Shown here piece after piece: positions 59,875 to 64,000 of a stretch of DNA of 64,000 nt. The first letter of the stretch is position 1; each line of letters starts with the position of its first letter. The position numbers and the translations under genes were made by a program. This stretch comes from Basidiobolus meristosporus CBS 931.73 (Eukaryota; Fungi; Basidiobolomycota), in the NCBI GenBank assembly GCA_002104905.1, contig MCFE01000389.1, forward strand, positions 19,024 through 83,023. Reading direction: 5' to 3'. The notes below the pieces were generated by a model, which was not told the origin of the DNA, did no database searches, and saw only the letters and a program-made list of their open reading frames with translations.

Positions 59875-62800
59875 AGGGGGGGAGACAGTCACCAACAGGT
59901 GAAATCTTTATTTCAGTTGAAACAAAGAAGCCAGCGCTACTGTTGTAGCTTTGATACAAGAGTGTGTAGCTGAGGGGAATTAGTAGGTAAGTTAATAAGA
60001 AGTGATGATAGTTCTTCAGTGCTCAAGACACTGTTCAGTGGGAAGGGGGGTAGCAAGAGAGGTAAGAATGACTTGTGAACAACATTAATGAGGGGAATGT
60101 GATAAGGATTGATATTCATCATAAAGGGAGTGTGCTGCTGCAGATATTGCTGCCAAAGGTCTGTCAAGTACTTCAGGTAGGCCAGCTTGGGTTTTTCTGA
60201 CTGCAGAATATAGTGAGCAAACTTCTTGACTTCAGGATCTCCAAGTATAGTTCTCCAGCAGGAGCCAGGTGTAGTGTGGTGTGTTCTCTTCCAGGCCTTA
60301 ATCAGTGGGTTGTTGCAGTTGTGAAGTCTGAGGTATAATCTGGTTCTAAGGTAGAGAAGTCTGATCTTATAGGGCATAAACCCAAAAGCACCAAGAATAG
60401 CATGTCTGTAGGGGCATTCAGGCAAATGAGGCACCAAGGAGGTTATGCACCATACTGCAAACTTGTCAAGCTTAGTGCAGTCTCTAGAAGTAAGAGAGAG
60501 AAGTGGTAAGCCAAATTCCAGGACAGGGAAGACAAACTGCTTGAGTAGAAGGAGGCAGCTGGGAGCTGAAGTTGTAGGAGGAGTAACAGCCAGTAGCTTG
60601 TGGAGTGCCTGTCTTGCCAGGATAATTCTCTTCTTCAGGTGTGCTCCAGAGTCTAGTCCAGTAGGAAGGAAAGGAAAGCCAAGATATGTAGCAGAAACCT
60701 GAGCAGGTAGAGTGGAGTTCTCCAAGTTGAAGGGAGAGCCCAAAGGTACTGTCTTTGCAATGGAAAGCTGGAGATTATTCTTCTGCAGATACTGGTGGAT
60801 GGTCTGGGAGTCTTGTTGCACATTGGAGGAGGATATTCTGATGTCATCAGCAAAGAGAGTAACCAGGCAGTCAGCTGAGAGTCTTGGGAAATCATTCAGG
60901 AAGATGGCAAACAGTATAGGACCAAGCACAGAGCCTTGAACCACTCCATTAGGAACTGAGAACACAGCTGATTGCTCACTTGGGTGCAGAATTCTTGCTT
61001 GTGGATCCAGAAACAGAGACCTGACAAGGAGGGTGAGAGAGGTACTGGAGAAGCATTGCAACTTGGACCAAAGCAGATTTCTGTCAACTGAATCAAAGGC
61101 CTTAGTAATATCAAACAGAACAGAGGGATACTTGCACTGGAGAGAGTGATCTTGGCTAAGTATGACTGCATATTCCAAGGAGAGGCCAGGAACAAAGCCA
61201 AACTGTGCAGGATGAAACTTGAGGGAGTCAGAGTAGAGCTCCTGAGCAAGCAGAAGCTCAAACACCTTTCTGCAGGTGGGCAGCAGAGATATTGGCCTGT
61301 AGGAGCTAGGATCCAGGTGCTTTCCTTGACCCTTGTACAGTGGCAGAACATTTGCAAAGGACCATTCCTCAGGAGTAGAAAGCTGGGCTGAGCATTGCTG
61401 AAACAGTGGAAGCAGAAGTGCAGACATGGCCTTGGTACTAGTCTTCAGAAGCTCATAGGAGATTGTGTCCACACCTGGAGCAGTAGAGTTGGGAAGCCTC
61501 TTGAGCACATTATGGATTCTCCTTTGATCAAGTGCAAGTGGGATGGGCAGAGTCTTGAAGTCAGGATGAAAGCCAGGAGTTGAGTACTGCTTTGTAGAGA
61601 AGAAGATGTTAGCCAGCTGTTCTGTTGAAGGTAACTTCCTGGAAGAGGGCCTCATTGCCCTGTAGAGTCTTGATACTGTTCTTGTTATAGAGTTGGAAGA
61701 TTGCAGAGGCAAAGAACTCATAATATGATCCCAGAGCTGAGTATGCAGAGTGTGGTGAATTGCCTTGGAGTGGTGTATTGCTGTCAGGAGGAGTTTCTCT
61801 GTTTTTGGGTTAGGGAAACTCAGGTAGCTTTGTTGCAGGGCTGAAACAATGGATTCCCATTTTCTTGAGGTAACAGCAGTAGTCTTGCATGGCAGTGAGA
61901 GGGAGGCAGACACCAGAATCAGATGCTTCACAAAGAGCCAGGCAAAGTTGAGATCATCAGGCAGAGAAAGTAGCAAACTGGCAAGCTTCAAGTAGTTCCC
62001 AAAGTCTTTCTTCTGATTCTTGGTAGCTTTGTGGGTGAGCACAGTAAGTTTTGCAGCTTCTTCTTCACAACTGGTTGCATAGAAAGGGACCAGGCTGGAT
62101 GGTCAGAGGCTCTCAAGGATCCTAGCTCAGCTCCAGAGAATTGCTTAACTTCATTCACAAAGTAGAGGGCAGCAGCAGAAGGGCAGATCCAGTCAACACA
62201 TCTTTTCTCAGATTGAGCACCTAGTGCTAGCAGGTGGCTTTCTCTCAGGAAGTTCAGTAGGAATGTAGACCTTGGCTTCATTCTTGCAGCCGGAGTAGTC
62301 TTGTTCTCAGGATGGGGAATGTTGAGATCTCCAAGCAAGATAACAGGTGTTGATATAGATTGTTGGTATTGCCGAACCTTCTGGCATATAACTTGCACTT
62401 CCTGAAGGGCTAGACTTGGAGGCAGATAGCAGAGCACCAGACTGATAGTTGGCAACTGGAGAGCAGCACAGTAAGGGGAGTAAAGAGGAACACAGAGCTG
62501 AGGAGTATTGATGGTAGAAGAGATGAAGCAGATAGAGGAGGTATTCTTTGTTCTAGGAGTAGAAAAGCAATATAGATTAGTCAAAAGTATAGAGGGTAGC
62601 TGGACATCAATCAAACACAGGAGGGAAAATCTTGAAAGAAGTCTCTCTAGAGTTGGTCTTGATGGCTGTATGCTGTTGCAGTTAAGCAACAGAACTTCAG
62701 GTAGTCAGGCAGAGGTTGTAGCTTCTTCAGAGGCAGCATTAACAATGTGACCTGCAGAGTCCCAGAGCTCTTCAAATGGTGCATCACTTAAGTCAGCAAG

Positions 62801-63430
62801 GAGGGAAATGGCATGGTTCTTGAGGAAGTATGCCACATCATAGGAGGGGGCTTGTCTCTTGATGGCAGCAAAGAAAGACAGAATGGCAACATGAGCTGGA
62901 GGCTTGTTGAACAGTAGAGAGTCAGAGGATTCAGATTCTTCAGGCACTATCTTGAAGTCAGTTTTCAGCCAGTTAAGGTTCTTCTCCACAAAGGCAACAA
63001 ATGGGTCAGCAATGTTTTGGTCTAGAATAACCTCCAGAATCTTCCCTTTTCTCCAGGCCAGGTTGACAATTCTTGAGAGCTGAATATTGCATGCCTTGAG
63101 TGCTTTCCTGATGTTGGAAATGGGGGTCCAGGGAACTTGCTTCAAGTACACCACAGTCCAGGTAGAAGCTGGTGGTAGGTTTGCTGGGGGCTTGTAAGTC
63201 CTTCTGTGTTGCAATGGAGCTGCAGTAGTCAGATTGGAGTCCACATTCTCAGTAGAAGGTTTTCTTGATGTGTCTTGCTGAATAGTACTGGAGCTGGATG
63301 TGCTGATAATTCTTAGGGTGTAGGTGTTATAGTAAGGGCTAGGAAAAGGTTAGAAGAACAGGGGGTCTGGGGGACGCAGTCCCCTAGAGAATAAAAAAGC
63401 AGGGGGTTTGGGGGATGCAATCCCCCATAC
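59875..63430 (-). mobile_element. Near-complete non-LTR retrotransposon (LINE; ORF1-like + APE endonuclease + RT) next to the telomere
   Basis: ORF1-like region 62705-63350; APE motifs LLLNCNS, ILLGDLN and SDH (61988-62689); RT ORF 59937-62042. Short 3' UTR with AATAAA and a hairpin; 5' boundary approximate. Confidence 0.92.
59937..62042 (-). CDS. LINE reverse transcriptase ORF (701 aa open frame)
   Basis: APGVDTI, YRPISLL, QFGF, FDITKAFDSV, GVVQGSVLGPILFAIFLND, LFADD and YLGF. Confidence 0.88.
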   Translation of the reverse strand: MLTHKATKNQKKDFGNYLKLASLLLSLPDDLNFAWLFVKHLILVSASLSLPCKTTAVTSRKWESIVSALQQSYLSFPNPKTEKLLLTAIHHSKAIHHTLHTQLWDHIMSSLPLQSSNSITRTVSRLYRAMRPSSRKLPSTEQLANIFFSTKQYSTPGFHPDFKTLPIPLALDQRRIHNVLKRLPNSTAPGVDTISYELLKTSTKAMSALLLPLFQQCSAQLSTPEEWSFANVLPLYKGQGKHLDPSSYRPISLLPTCRKVFELLLAQELYSDSLKFHPAQFGFVPGLSLEYAVILSQDHSLQCKYPSVLFDITKAFDSVDRNLLWSKLQCFSSTSLTLLVRSLFLDPQARILHPSEQSAVFSVPNGVVQGSVLGPILFAIFLNDFPRLSADCLVTLFADDIRISSSNVQQDSQTIHQYLQKNNLQLSIAKTVPLGSPFNLENSTLPAQVSATYLGFPFLPTGLDSGAHLKKRIILARQALHKLLAVTPPTTSAPSCLLLLKQFVFPVLEFGLPLLSLTSRDCTKLDKFAVWCITSLVPHLPECPYRHAILGAFGFMPYKIRLLYLRTRLYLRLHNCNNPLIKAWKRTHHTTPGSCWRTILGDPEVKKFAHYILQSEKPKLAYLKYLTDLWQQYLQQHTPFMMNINPYHIPLINVVHKSFLPLLLPPFPLNSVLSTEELSSLLINLPTNSPQLHTLVSKLQQ

Positions 63431-63755
63431 TGCTCTTATACTCTTTAAATTCCCGTTGGATTACTTTTCTCTCATTCTTGGTTCTGGTCCCTTAGGGTTA
63501 GAATTCCTCCTCCTAACCCTTATCACCCTAACCATAAATATTTTTACCCTACAATTGGCACATTGTCTGCTCATATGGTGGGCATGTCTGGGCCAATATT
63601 TGTCTCCCTATACTGTCCATATGCTCTGTATAAGTCTTGATGACTATTTAATTAATAAATTGTTATTTTTAATATATATCTAATAATTAATGGGATTCAT
63701 CCCAATCTGACCACAATCCCATATTTTGATAAGCTTTGGGCACCATAAATTGCGC

Positions 63756-64000
63756 TTAGGGTTAGGGTTAGGGTTAGGGTTAGGGTTAGGGTTAGGGTTA
63801 GGGTTAGGGTTAGGGTTAGGGTTAGGGTTAGGGTTAGGGTTAGGGTTAGGGTTAGGGTTAGGGTTAGGGTTAGGGTTAGGGTTAGGGTTAGGGTTAGGGT
63901 TAGGGTTAGGGTTAGGGTTAGGGTTAGGGTTAGGGTTAGGGTTAGGGTTAGGGTTAGGGTTAGGGTTAGGGTTAGGGTTAGGGTTAGGGTTAGGGTTAGG
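63756..64000 (+). repeat. Telomeric (TTAGGG)n array, about 41 units, to the end of the window
   Basis: Perfect TTAGGG tandem repeat, G-rich strand running 5'->3' toward the end. Confidence 0.99.

Noticed and set aside
63408-63683. 91-aa hydrophobic ORF next to the telomere
   Set aside because: Low-complexity T-rich sequence with a non-ATG start and no motif.
63756-64000. Tandem array as CRISPR or satellite
   Set aside because: It has no spacers and is the canonical telomeric hexamer at the sequence end.

Overview
This is a fungal chromosome end, most likely from an early-diverging, Basidiobolus-like lineage (inferred from gene content and intron style, not verified). It has three compartments. 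(1) About 1-30,100 is an AT-rich, almost CpG-free block of nested, mostly decayed transposons: two Ty1/Copia families, CACTA/En-Spm-like transposase relics, a foldback/MITE and Gypsy-like remnants. (2) About 30,100-58,300 is a dense, CpG-rich gene island: CRY-DASH, a head-to-head pair of intronless type III glutamine synthetases, a U1-type zinc-finger protein, RPL13, RPL32, DCP1, a FET4-like iron permease with four ATCWGATAA boxes upstream, an RGS membrane protein, a disrupted Gly-rich protein, tRNA-Thr(CGU), a GH20 hexosaminidase, a lipase pseudogene and an XIP-like aquaporin. (3) About 58,300-64,000 is again CpG-free: CACTA and Copia fragments, then a near-complete LINE whose 5' end faces a terminal (TTAGGG)n array. 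The most notable signals are the gene-converted GSIII palindrome, the telomere-adjacent LINE with zero CpG in a 701-codon open RT frame, the sharp CpG-erasure boundaries, and a young non-autonomous Copia.
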